From: Candidatus Woesearchaeota archaeon | Lineage (GTDB): Archaea; Nanobdellota; Nanobdellia; Woesearchaeales; GCA-2686295 | Assembly: GCA_002686295.1 (NCBI GenBank) | Contig: NZBB01000012.1 | Location: 1-35,593, forward strand | Direction: 5' to 3' | DNA: 35,593 nucleotides | Shown: positions 1 through 8,853 of the stretch, piece by piece | How the letters are laid out: each line of letters begins with the position of its first letter | Numbering within the stretch: position 1 is the stretch's first letter | Program-made: the position numbers and the translations under genes | Notes under the pieces: generated by a model | Told to the model about the DNA's origin: nothing | What the model saw: the letters and a program-made list of their open reading frames with translations, nothing else | Database searches by the model: none

Positions 1-3000
1 CAGTTGAGTTAACACCAAAAGTATTTACTGATTTTAGATGCACATAATACATTTCTCCAGGTACAAGTGTTAAGTTTGTTATTTCATATGACACATTATT
101 TCCTACTGCAAACCACGTTTCTTCATTATCATAACCATTATTTGGATAAGTCTCTGTTCCGACTGCTAATTCATAATGATCAAAGTATTGCTCACTCGTA
201 GTGTTTGTCCAGCTAACATTTAACATAAATCTATTATCTGTTGTTGCACCCGTATCATTTATTTCTGAAGATCCTGAGATTGTTGCAGCAATAATTATTG
301 CTTTATTATCTGTTATCTGATGATTTATTGTATCATTGATTGTGAATGATAGATTGTATGTGTCGTCTGAAAGACTTTGTGTTAAGCTACATGTTTGCAA
401 ATATCTATTTCCTGAGCAGCTTATGTTTGCTCCCATCTCCCAACTACTTATGTTGTGAGCTGTTTCTTGATCCCATACATGCATTGTGCTGTTTGTACTA
501 TTTGAGATGTTCAACAGCAATGTTGGCAGGCTAACATTGTAATCATCCTCTAAAACAAATGTTATAGTTGGAGTGTTAGTAGTTAAGTTTCCTGGAATTG
601 TTGAAAGATTTATTGTTGGAGCTGAATTGTCATAGAATATTGTTATTAAGTCAGAATCCTGTCCTATTAATCCAAGCCTACTACCTTCTAATGTTATATT
701 GTTCTCCCCTTCACGTAAACTGAGCGTGATGTTAAACCATCCTTTTGGATAATTTGTGTCATAAACACTTATTGAAGTTGTAGTTGGTACTGTGGCTGTT
801 AAGTTTTCCTGCATACAAACTCGTGTATAAAATGCGTTTTCTCCTTCCCCCCAGTCGTTTGTTCTGTTTGTAATATTATATCTTTCAAAGTAAGCATTAC
901 TCTTATTGTGATTTACAAATTCAATCCATCTTCCTGGAATAAAACTCTCATTCAGCGTCTTGTTTACATATACACAATATTCTCCTTGTGATGCCTGTTG
1001 TTTTAGTGTGGTTGTTATTAAATTTAATTCTGAATCTTGAGTACTTGTGGTGTAGTTGTTGTATGGTATTAACTCTCCTTGTTCTATTGTTGCATTCACT
1101 AATGTGTTGTTTTTACCTATTACTCCAATTATGTTTGCAATGTTTGTGTCTATTAATGATTCATAAAGCCATATTCCTGCTTTTTCCGGAGTGTTTGATA
1201 TTGTGAATGTTCGTGTTTCTGAAGTATTTGTTAATCCTAAGTCATTTTCACAACTAACATCCCAGTTATATTCTCCATCTGTCAAGTTATCTAATTGAAC
1301 TCCTGTGCTTGTTCCATTCTGTACTGTTTCGTTTGTGTTGTTTAATATTGTGTTTATGTAAATGGAGCAGTTCAATGATTGGTCGAATATATCTGTAACA
1401 TTGAAGCTTAATGTTATGTTATTATTATCATCCTCTTCATAATTATCTGCAAGCAACTCTAAGCTAACTATTGGCGTCTGAGAATTAACAAGAAATTGTT
1501 TTTTCTCGCTTGTGTTGCTGTTTCCAATTACATCATTTATACTAACTGTTATGTTATGGTAACTATTAGTTAAGTTTGCATTTAACGAACATTCTTGTTG
1601 TGTTGCTGTTCCTGAACAACTAACATTTGTTGAGTTGTATATTGTTCCTGATATATTCGCCACTACTGTTGAAACATTCAAGACATAGTCATCTGAAATT
1701 GAGAAGTTTATCTTTGCATTGTTAATTGTATAATTGGTGACTAATGACAAGTTTATCGTTGGCGCTGTAATATCTGAGAATGTGTTGAATGAATCTGATA
1801 CAGGACCATAGTTCTCCAGTCTCTTAGCATCAACCTGTATAGTGTTATTTCCTGAGAACAAAGGCACCGATACATTGAACCATCCTGTTGGTTTTGATTG
1901 ATTATAAGCTGAAACTGAATCGCTTGTGTTTATATCTTCTCTTAGAGACGGAGTTATGTTTATTTGATATCTGTCTGCAAATTCCGTTGTGTCGATTATT
2001 TCATATCTTTCCCAGTTTGGTGGTTGATGGTTTGAAAATTCTGTGAAATTACCTACTCCAAAACCTGCTGGTAAGGATCCTTCTTTATTTATGTAAAAGA
2101 AACCATTGCCTGCTATTTGTGATTCATTTATTGTCGCCGTTCCTGTTTTACTTGATGTTTCTGTTGTCAGTGTTGAATTTATATACTGACTTGCTTCTTG
2201 CTGTGCATAAACTGTTACATTTGTATTTAGTCCACTTCTGTTCACATATCCATAGATGTTTATTCTTGTATCACTTGTTAAATTGATTGGAGTGAATATT
2301 ACTGGTTTGTCAGGTGTTACATCTACTGTAAAGCTTTTTGTTTCTGAAGTGTTGTTGTTTCCTGCAAGATCTTCACAGCTGATATTCCAGTTATAGTTTC
2401 CGTCGGCTAAGAATTTATTTACAAATTCAGTTTTAGTGTCGTTTTGTACTGTGCTGTTTGTTTCGTTCAAAACACCATTTATTATTAGGTCACAATCCAG
2501 AGTGTTTGAATAAGCATCTGTTACATTAAATGTGAAGTTAAAATTGTTTTGATCCAGATAAGTATAACTATCTATTGGATTTGATAAATTCATTGTAGGG
2601 TTTGAAGTGTCTAAAAGAACATACGCTGTTTTTATTGGCGTTTCGTTGTTTCTGGCATCATCTCCTGAAAAGTACTTTACTGTGTTGTTTCCTTCTGAAT
2701 TGATTGTTTGAGAATTTGCAGCTGTTGGTGTACAACCAACTCCTTGACATGAATAGTTTGTTATCGGGCTAAGATCATCGTTATCAGATGTAAAATTAAC
2801 TATTATGCTACTAACACTTTTCCATTCACTTGGAGCATCTGTGCTTGATATTGGTGCTAAGTTGTCAATACCGATAATATTTTCTGAAGAAGACATAGAT
2901 CCATTGTTGTTACTGCAGTTAACATACCATGTATGTGTTCCATTATCCAAAGTTTTATTGGCTAATATTGTTGTAGTAACATTCTCCAAAACATTAGACT

Positions 3001-3229
3001 CGTTTCCATAATTATCATCATCTATGTATAGTGTACAATTAGCAAGTGCAATAGGTCCTCCAGTCCAATTGAAACGGAAATCTATAGTGTCGTTTGTTCC
3101 GTTTATCCACCCTGAAGCTGATAAATCTGCAGGATCATAAATTGTAACATAACTGATAGCAGCACTTACTAGCAATACAACTAACAAAAACAATATTGCT
3201 CCGAATCCTATTATGCTCTTATTTCTCAT
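1..3229 (-). CDS. Large secreted/surface glycoprotein with Ig-like and FN3-like domains (partial, runs off the left edge, >=1076 aa)
   Basis: Missing from the ORF track because it has no stop in the window. Manual translation from ATG 3229 starts MRNKSIIGFGAILFLLVVLLVSA (signal peptide) and stays open to position 2. Repeated motifs NFTFNVTD/LSFNVTD, YNWNISC/YNWDVSC and DxxAPTINL, an FN3-like YYVHLKSVN segment, and very many N-x-S/T sequons. GGTGA lies upstream. Confidence 0.9.
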   Translation of the reverse strand, partial: MRNKSIIGFGAILFLLVVLLVSAAISYVTIYDPADLSASGWINGTNDTIDFRFNWTGGPIALANCTLYIDDDNYGNESNVLENVTTTILANKTLDNGTHTWYVNCSNNNGSMSSSENIIGIDNLAPISSTDAPSEWKSVSSIIVNFTSDNDDLSPITNYSCQGVGCTPTAANSQTINSEGNNTVKYFSGDDARNNETPIKTAYVLLDTSNPTMNLSNPIDSYTYLDQNNFNFTFNVTDAYSNTLDCDLIINGVLNETNSTVQNDTKTEFVNKFLADGNYNWNISCEDLAGNNNTSETKSFTVDVTPDKPVIFTPINLTSDTRINIYGYVNRSGLNTNVTVYAQQEASQYINSTLTTETSSKTGTATINESQIAGNGFFYINKEGSLPAGFGVGNFTEFSNHQPPNWERYEIIDTTEFADRYQINITPSLREDINTSDSVSAYNQSKPTGWFNVSVPLFSGNNTIQVDAKRLENYGPVSDSFNTFSDITAPTINLSLVTNYTINNAKINFSISDDYVLNVSTVVANISGTIYNSTNVSCSGTATQQECSLNANLTNSYHNITVSINDVIGNSNTSEKKQFLVNSQTPIVSLELLADNYEEDDNNNITLSFNVTDIFDQSLNCSIYINTILNNTNETVQNGTSTGVQLDNLTDGEYNWDVSCENDLGLTNTSETRTFTISNTPEKAGIWLYESLIDTNIANIIGVIGKNNTLVNATIEQGELIPYNNYTTSTQDSELNLITTTLKQQASQGEYCVYVNKTLNESFIPGRWIEFVNHNKSNAYFERYNITNRTNDWGEGENAFYTRVCMQENLTATVPTTTSISVYDTNYPKGWFNITLSLREGENNITLEGSRLGLIGQDSDLITIFYDNSAPTINLSTIPGNLTTNTPTITFVLEDDYNVSLPTLLLNISNSTNSTMHVWDQETAHNISSWEMGANISCSGNRYLQTCSLTQSLSDDTYNLSFTINDTINHQITDNKAIIIAATISGSSEINDTGATTDNRFMLNVSWTNTTSEQYFDHYELAVGTETYPNNGYDNEETWFAVGNNVSYEITNLTLVPGEMYYVHLKSVNTFGVNST

Positions 3230-3407
3230 CTTTCAAATTCACCATTAGGGCTGTGCCTATCTTTGTTATTGTAAGCTGTTCACGATACATTTTTATCAGG
3301 TCGCGTACAGTTCCCATTTCTATTTCAAAATGTTTTGAGATTGATGTATAGGTTTGATTAGGATTATTCTCTAAGAATTTTGTAAACTCGACTCTATCAG
3401 GGATTAT
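3219..3407 (-). CDS. Small putative (winged) HTH protein, ~62 aa, probable non-canonical ATA start
   Basis: Open frame IIPDRVEFTKFLENNPNQTYTSISKHFEIEMGTVRDLIKMYREQLTITKIGTALMVNLKDEK* with an HTH-like pattern. SD-like GGTGA at 3418-3414 lies 6 nt before ATA 3407. Its stop overlaps the start of the surface protein gene. Confidence 0.6.
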   Translation of the reverse strand: MIPDRVEFTKFLENNPNQTYTSISKHFEIEMGTVRDLIKMYREQLTITKIGTALMVNLKDEK

Positions 3408-3591
3408 TTTAAATCACCGTTGTTTTCTCTTTAATATCAATTAAAAACAATTGTTTTCTCTTTTTTTTAAGAAAAAAAGCTTGAAAACGCTTTCTTTCAC
3501 ACATTTTAACTTTTCAATACTTGATAACCAATATCTAATGATGTTTTTATAAAATCTCCTACTATATAAATATTTTGGTGGGAAAAACTTT

Positions 3592-4149
3592 TTAGAAAAA
3601 AGCATTAAGCAAATTTGAATAGACACTAAAGCCGTCAATACCAGGTATTGGCAACATATTCAAAATAAATAAGAAACCATTTATCTTTTTTGTTAGCAGT
3701 AAATAATAAGTTTTTTTCCTGTCAAGCTTCAGGTTCTTAAGAGCAAAAGAAGAACCAATCCAAAAAAGTGCATGCATTAAAGGACCTGCAAAAGAAATCA
3801 TTGCAAACTGCAAATTCGTACCTGTTCCAAGAATAGAAACAAAACCCGGAACAAAGAATATGAAACCAAAATTCATCAATTTCAACAAAATACCCAATCC
3901 TAGAAAAGTATAATGTGCATGAAATGTGGCTTGCATTCCGAAACTCAGAGCAAAAAACTTGTGTGCCAACTCATGAAAAATTATGGCAGGTACAACAACA
4001 GAACAGGCAAACCAAAAATTGCCCCAATTAAAACCTGATTTGAAATCAACCAGAACATCTTTCGGTCTATTTTTGAAAACATTCATAAAAATATATCCAA
4101 TACCAAAAGTCATTATTATAGCGTCAATAAATTCTTGAAAAACAAACAT
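3592..4149 (-). CDS. Site-2 protease / M50 family intramembrane metalloprotease
   Basis: HELAH zinc motif, FAGP, NMLPIPGIDG (NxxPxxxxDG motif), several hydrophobic segments. Confidence 0.9.
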   Translation of the reverse strand: MFVFQEFIDAIIMTFGIGYIFMNVFKNRPKDVLVDFKSGFNWGNFWFACSVVVPAIIFHELAHKFFALSFGMQATFHAHYTFLGLGILLKLMNFGFIFFVPGFVSILGTGTNLQFAMISFAGPLMHALFWIGSSFALKNLKLDRKKTYYLLLTKKINGFLFILNMLPIPGIDGFSVYSNLLNAFF

Positions 4150-4188
4150 GATAGTATTTAGAGAATCTGTTTTTTAAAAAATTTGTGT

Positions 4189-4770
4189 TTAGCAACAAAG
4201 AACAGATGTGAAAGAATTCTCTTTAACATCACCAGCGTCTTGCAAAGAACAATAACCTGCAAAAGTTCTGACTCTAACATCACAATTACCAAATTCATTA
4301 GAAGAGTCTTTGAACTGCAAACCACTACAAGAACTATCACTTGAGGAATAATAGCTTACTGTTTTAGCCTTATTGGTCATTAAGCAAGAATCATAACCAG
4401 AAACTTTGCAAGCAGTTTTTCCAGTCATGGCTTTAATCTTTGAATAACCTTTATTATCAAGATTTATCCAAGAGCATTTTTTATCAGAAATATCCTGAAC
4501 AGAACTAACAACCGCTTTCCCTCCAATATTACTATTCTTAAATGAGAATACAGACTTTGTTATTTCAAAATCTAAATTTTTAAAAAAGTCTTTACTAAGA
4601 GCTAAAATTTTTGGAGATTCAACAGTTTTTTTTAAAAATGTAGAGTCTTGATTTGATTTCTTTACAACATTAGCAGTTGGACTTACTTGATTAAAAGATA
4701 ATGTCATCATAAAAAAAGCTAAAATTAGAACTATAGCCATAAAATGAATATCATGTTCATGATTTCCCAT
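4189..4770 (-). CDS. Hypothetical N-terminally anchored/secreted protein with a Cys-rich C-terminal domain
   Basis: One N-terminal hydrophobic helix, 8 Cys in the C-terminal half ending in VLCC, GGGGTG SD upstream. Confidence 0.8.
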   Translation of the reverse strand: MGNHEHDIHFMAIVLILAFFMMTLSFNQVSPTANVVKKSNQDSTFLKKTVESPKILALSKDFFKNLDFEITKSVFSFKNSNIGGKAVVSSVQDISDKKCSWINLDNKGYSKIKAMTGKTACKVSGYDSCLMTNKAKTVSYYSSSDSSCSGLQFKDSSNEFGNCDVRVRTFAGYCSLQDAGDVKENSFTSVLCC

Positions 4771-4818
4771 AAAGCACCCCTAAATAAATCCAATACTAAT
4801 GAAAGTATTTAAAGTTTT

Positions 4819-4851
4819 CTAAATACCGTCTAAATACCGTTTAAATACTGA
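4819..4851. repeat. 11-bp tandem direct repeat (CTAAATACCGT x2 plus degenerate TTAAATACTGA)
   Basis: Read directly at 4819-4829, 4830-4840 and 4841-4851. Abuts the minus-strand BRE/TATA (GAAAACTTTAAATA) of the 4770 gene. Confidence 0.8.
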
Positions 4852-5446
4852 TGAAATTGACTGCAAAGAACAATATTAGTAAAGAAGGTACAATTACTGC
4901 AGCATAAGCTTTCTTGCTCCATATCAAAACCTTTTTTCCATCTAAAATAAAGAAAGGCAACATATTGAAAAAAGCCAAGAAAGCATTCACCCAAACACCA
5001 TAAGAAGCTAATTCTTGAATTATATCTAAACCAAAACTATTGGCTAAAAAAAAGATAATTAAAAAAAACAGAGACAAAAAAATGTTCATAACAGGTCCTG
5101 CAATCGATATTTTCCCATTTTGAGCTCTTGAAACTCGTCCTGAAATCATAACTGCTCCTGGAGCAGCTATCAAAAAGCCGAAAAAACTCATTATTAAAGC
5201 AAGTACCAACATCTGAATATTAGCTCTGAACTCTGCAAAACAACCATACCTTTGAGCAACAATTTTATGACCAAGTTCGTGAAGAAGAAAACCAGAACCA
5301 ACAGTAAAAGATGCAAAAATAACAGATTTTATTATATTTAAAGAGAATAAATTTCCTCCATTCAACAATATTCCAAAAGCCAGACTTATGAAAATCCAAG
5401 CTTCTAAAAGATCATGTATTTCTCTCTTCGAAGTTCTTATTTTCAT
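4841..5446 (-). CDS. Site-2 protease / M50 family intramembrane metalloprotease
   Basis: HELGH, IAGP and FNMLPFFILDG motifs, multiple TM segments. ATG at 5446 (ORF track starts at TTG 5449). Confidence 0.92.
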   Translation of the reverse strand: MKIRTSKREIHDLLEAWIFISLAFGILLNGGNLFSLNIIKSVIFASFTVGSGFLLHELGHKIVAQRYGCFAEFRANIQMLVLALIMSFFGFLIAAPGAVMISGRVSRAQNGKISIAGPVMNIFLSLFFLIIFFLANSFGLDIIQELASYGVWVNAFLAFFNMLPFFILDGKKVLIWSKKAYAAVIVPSLLILFFAVNFISI

Positions 5447-5566
5447 CAAATTGTAAGAACTTATTTTTGTTTATAAAATTTGTTAAACAAACTATGACTA
5501 CTCAAGAATAGATAAAATCAAAAAGTTTATATAATTAGTTTGATTTCAAAAAAATAAGGGCTCAAG

Positions 5567-6064
5567 GTGGATAGCAAAGGACCAATTTTAATAAGTTATT
5601 TGTCTCAAATAATACTAATAATAATTCTTTTTCAAGCAAGCGATTTATTAAAAGCATTTACAAATATTGCATTGATGGCTTCATTATTATTGGTTATAAC
5701 AACCATGGCAAAAGAGAAAAGATTAGCATTTAGTCAAAAATACTCTTTTTTCACATTCATAATACTAGCACTATTTGTATTTATTAATATTTCAAGTAAA
5801 ACATCAGATTCATTGTCGATATTAATCATACTGTCTTTAATAATAGGATTTTTTCTGACAGCTTTCTCAAAAGAAGAAACAACTGAAACAAAAATTGTTG
5901 ATTTAGAAATGCCTAAAAAACCAAGAATAGTGTCTGCCAAAGATAGTTTGAAATATCATTCAACAGATTGCGGATATGTCAACAATGCAAAAGAATTAAA
6001 ATTTTTCAACTCTGAAAAACAGGCAGAAGCAATGGGCTTAAATCCATGCAAGATGTGTCAATAA
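5567..6064 (+). CDS. Four-TM membrane protein with C-terminal Ada-type metal-binding domain
   Basis: Four hydrophobic helices, then KYHSTDC...FFNSEKQAEAMGLNPCKMC, which matches the YHxxxC...AxxxGxxPCxxC Ada metal-binding pattern. GTG start. Confidence 0.75.
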   Translation: MDSKGPILISYLSQIILIIILFQASDLLKAFTNIALMASLLLVITTMAKEKRLAFSQKYSFFTFIILALFVFINISSKTSDSLSILIILSLIIGFFLTAFSKEETTETKIVDLEMPKKPRIVSAKDSLKYHSTDCGYVNNAKELKFFNSEKQAEAMGLNPCKMCQ

Positions 6065-6795
6065 TTAGATAAATTTTTCTGATTTTTATTATGTCTGACA
6101 AGCCTCATAGGAGAATTAACAAGCTTCCAGGAAAAACCCCATTTTTTAAGCATCTCTTCCGCATTTGGAGCAATTTTTGGAGAAGCAATTATTCCTGAAA
6201 CATTCTTAACACCTCTCAATTCTTTTATTTTTTCAACATAACGCCTAAGCTGTTGAACAGCATCTAAACCAGCAGTATAGCGTTTACATTCTATAATTAC
6301 TAATGTTCCATTATTGTCATGCCCAAAAACATCTATGAATCCAAACTTAGTATGCTCCTCTCTACTAAGAGGTTTAAAATTCTTACTTATAAGAACAGGA
6401 TTTTGCTTTATCATATCACTCATATCAGCTTCTGTTCCAGCAAGTAATTGTTTTTGACCATCATCTAATTTTCTAGACATAAAAGAATAAACTCTACTTA
6501 TTTCTAACTCCAAATATTCTTTTGTTGAAGAATTATAAGCTTTGAACAAAATATCATATTCTTGTTTTATTATCTCAACACAACCTCCTGCCTTCATATA
6601 ATTTATAGGATTTCCTCCTTCTGGTTGATGAACAAAAATTGTTCCATCTTGTTTTACGCCAACTAAACGATCCCCCTTTCCTAGAGACGCTTCAGCTCTT
6701 CCACTATAAACTATTTTGCATTTACAGAAAAACACGATGAATTCTTTTTTATTAGCAGATTCTTCAAACTTATATTCAAATTCCCTCAAATCCAT
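6058..6795 (-). CDS. nucS: Endonuclease NucS/EndoMS
   Basis: YSGRA, GDRLVGVKQDGTIFVH, PINY, RecB-like GFIDVFGHD...IIECKR and QLRRYV motifs. C-terminal PIP-like QKNLSNY. Confidence 0.93.
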   Translation of the reverse strand: MDLREFEYKFEESANKKEFIVFFCKCKIVYSGRAEASLGKGDRLVGVKQDGTIFVHQPEGGNPINYMKAGGCVEIIKQEYDILFKAYNSSTKEYLELEISRVYSFMSRKLDDGQKQLLAGTEADMSDMIKQNPVLISKNFKPLSREEHTKFGFIDVFGHDNNGTLVIIECKRYTAGLDAVQQLRRYVEKIKELRGVKNVSGIIASPKIAPNAEEMLKKWGFSWKLVNSPMRLVRHNKNQKNLSNY

Positions 6796-6838
6796 TAAAT
6801 TAAAGAAAAGAACACTCTTAAAAAAGCTTACGGAATTA

Positions 6839-8056
6839 TTAAAAATAACTGCTTATCTTTAGTTGATTCTTTAAATCTTTTAATAACTTGCTTTTATTCA
6901 ATAGTTCTTTAACATCATAACCAAACTCTTTTTTCACTAAAGTCTTAACATATGTTAACATTGATTTCTTGCTGTCAAAAATAACTGGTTTATTAGACAA
7001 CGTCTTTCTGACGGTCTGTCTTACAACCCATACACCAAGAGGAACCCAATAATCATCAGTTACAAAACGAAGAAGTAACGCTGCTCCCTGTCTTTTCTTT
7101 TTCTTCAAAAACTCTGTTACTGGCAATCTTGCAGCATAATAACCTCCAACAGTATTAAAAGCATATTTTTTTCTTCCATCATAATTTTCAAAATCAGCGA
7201 ATGTTTTTAGCTCCTTAAGTTTCCAAGGCTCATCAGGCATATAGGTTTCAAACAATTCATAACTCCAAATATCTGGGAAAAACATTATCACATAAAAATT
7301 ACCCATATAGTCTCCTGTGAAAACAGAATAGTCTATTTTATTATTAAAATCTTTAATATTGTCTATGTTCTTCTTTCCAATAGTATCATCGACAGCAGTT
7401 ATAGACCACCTTGTCGGAACAAGCTTTCTCTCAGTTTTAACTCCTAATGTACCTGCACTCAAAAGCTTTGTCAAATAGTGTTCATCGAAATTTTTTTTGT
7501 TAAGATAATCAATTGCTTTAGTTGCTTTCAAATCAGTATCTGAGAAAACCTTGTCAACTTTTGAAGGAATTTTAGGATTCTCTGTTATAGATGCTTTTTT
7601 AAGCTTCACAGTCGGACCATAAGGAGTTATATCTTCTGAAACTTTCAAAGTATATCTTGGTTGTTTATTGAGATTAACCTCTAAATCAACAGGTTCTTTT
7701 GCCATACCTATTTCCTGTGTTAAATCCAGCAACCTATCATTGAAAGACTTGACATTTAGCTGGAAGTTTGAGTTTATCAAAAAACTTCTTAAAGAAACAA
7801 TCTTAGGAATATCAAACCCTTTTTCATACCAAAGTAAAGGATCATCATACTCAGCAGTTATTTTTTCATTTGATAATAATCCGACATTAACTTTTGGATA
7901 TCCATGCTTTCCAACAAAAATATTTGGTGCTTCTCCAAAAAAATCTTTCTTTGGTTTTGAATGTTTTTTAGTTAATTCATTCAAACGTTTGTAAAATAAA
8001 TGTGCATTCTTCAAAACCGGATGCTCTTCGTTTTTCTTTCTATCAGACTTAACCAT
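6839..8056 (-). CDS. nreA: Archaeal DNA repair protein NreA
   Basis: PNIFVGKHGYPKVNVG, RKLVPTRWSITAVD, GGYYAARL and YWVPLGVWVVR motifs. C-terminal PIP box QLKISSYF. Confidence 0.92.
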   Translation of the reverse strand: MVKSDRKKNEEHPVLKNAHLFYKRLNELTKKHSKPKKDFFGEAPNIFVGKHGYPKVNVGLLSNEKITAEYDDPLLWYEKGFDIPKIVSLRSFLINSNFQLNVKSFNDRLLDLTQEIGMAKEPVDLEVNLNKQPRYTLKVSEDITPYGPTVKLKKASITENPKIPSKVDKVFSDTDLKATKAIDYLNKKNFDEHYLTKLLSAGTLGVKTERKLVPTRWSITAVDDTIGKKNIDNIKDFNNKIDYSVFTGDYMGNFYVIMFFPDIWSYELFETYMPDEPWKLKELKTFADFENYDGRKKYAFNTVGGYYAARLPVTEFLKKKKRQGAALLLRFVTDDYWVPLGVWVVRQTVRKTLSNKPVIFDSKKSMLTYVKTLVKKEFGYDVKELLNKSKLLKDLKNQLKISSYF

Positions 8057-8149
8057 CCCAAAAAAAGAAAGTTGTCAAGTTATTAAAAATTTTTCAAAAA
8101 AACATTTCGCGTCAAAAACTTTAAAAATAACCCTTAAATTCTTTTTTAT

Positions 8150-8809
8150 ATGAATAGATACGAATTTCAAGAATTATTTGAAGAAATCGGAGAGAAAAGT
8201 TCAGAACTAAGAAAAAAAATTGTTATGATAATAGGTAGCGGTAGCTTAGGTTCAACTGTTTCAGACATGCTTCATAGAGAAGGCGTTCCTTTAAAAATAG
8301 TCGATAAAGGTCGTTCAGAAATAAAAGATTTGCAACACCAAAGTCTTTATTTGGAAGAAGATGACAATAAATTTAAGGTCAAACAGATAAAGAAAAGATT
8401 AGAGCCAATAAATACCAAAAACAAGATTAGAACATTCCACGAAGATTTAGTTGAAGATAACCTTTTCCTACTTGATTCTGTAGATATAATAATTGATTGT
8501 AGCAACGATTTAGAAACAATGAAAATGGTTGGCAACTATGTTAAGAAAAAAACTCAACTGATAAACTGCAAATACGCAGGTTCAAAAGGAACAATATTCA
8601 TATCTAATAGAAAACATTACTTCAAAGATGTTGTTGAGAAAATAAAAATTGGAGATATAAATAAAGAAGGTCTGATAAACTCAACAGTCCATTTAGCTGC
8701 AGGAATAATTGTTTCTCAAGCACTAAAAATACTTGTTGGAGAAAAAATAACAGATAACTTCATATTATTTGATGTTTGGAAAGATTCTGTTAGAAGAATT
8801 AGTATTTAA
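8150..8809 (+). CDS. ThiF/MoeB/E1-like family protein (degenerate)
   Basis: IIGSGSLGS Rossmann motif and IIIDCSND. Canonical SNLxRQ is replaced by KDLQHQ and there are no CxxC zinc motifs. Confidence 0.8.
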   Translation: MNRYEFQELFEEIGEKSSELRKKIVMIIGSGSLGSTVSDMLHREGVPLKIVDKGRSEIKDLQHQSLYLEEDDNKFKVKQIKKRLEPINTKNKIRTFHEDLVEDNLFLLDSVDIIIDCSNDLETMKMVGNYVKKKTQLINCKYAGSKGTIFISNRKHYFKDVVEKIKIGDINKEGLINSTVHLAAGIIVSQALKILVGEKITDNFILFDVWKDSVRRISI

Positions 8810-8853
8810 ATTTTCTAGTTAAGTTTTTAAGCAAGAAAGAATTACCAATTATT

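Noticed and set aside
290-2620. Internal repeats as a possible diversity-generating retroelement TR/VR pair
   Set aside because: The similarity is at the protein level with heavy DNA divergence that is not adenine-specific, and no reverse transcriptase is in the window.
346-3011. Plus-strand ORFs 346-534, 988-1206 and 2805-3011
   Set aside because: They are antisense shadows of the long minus-strand surface protein gene, with implausible Cys/Leu-rich composition.
3441-3638. 65-aa minus-strand ORF, and 4158-4340
   Set aside because: They overlap real genes in another frame and run through AT-rich promoter sequence, with no recognisable motif.
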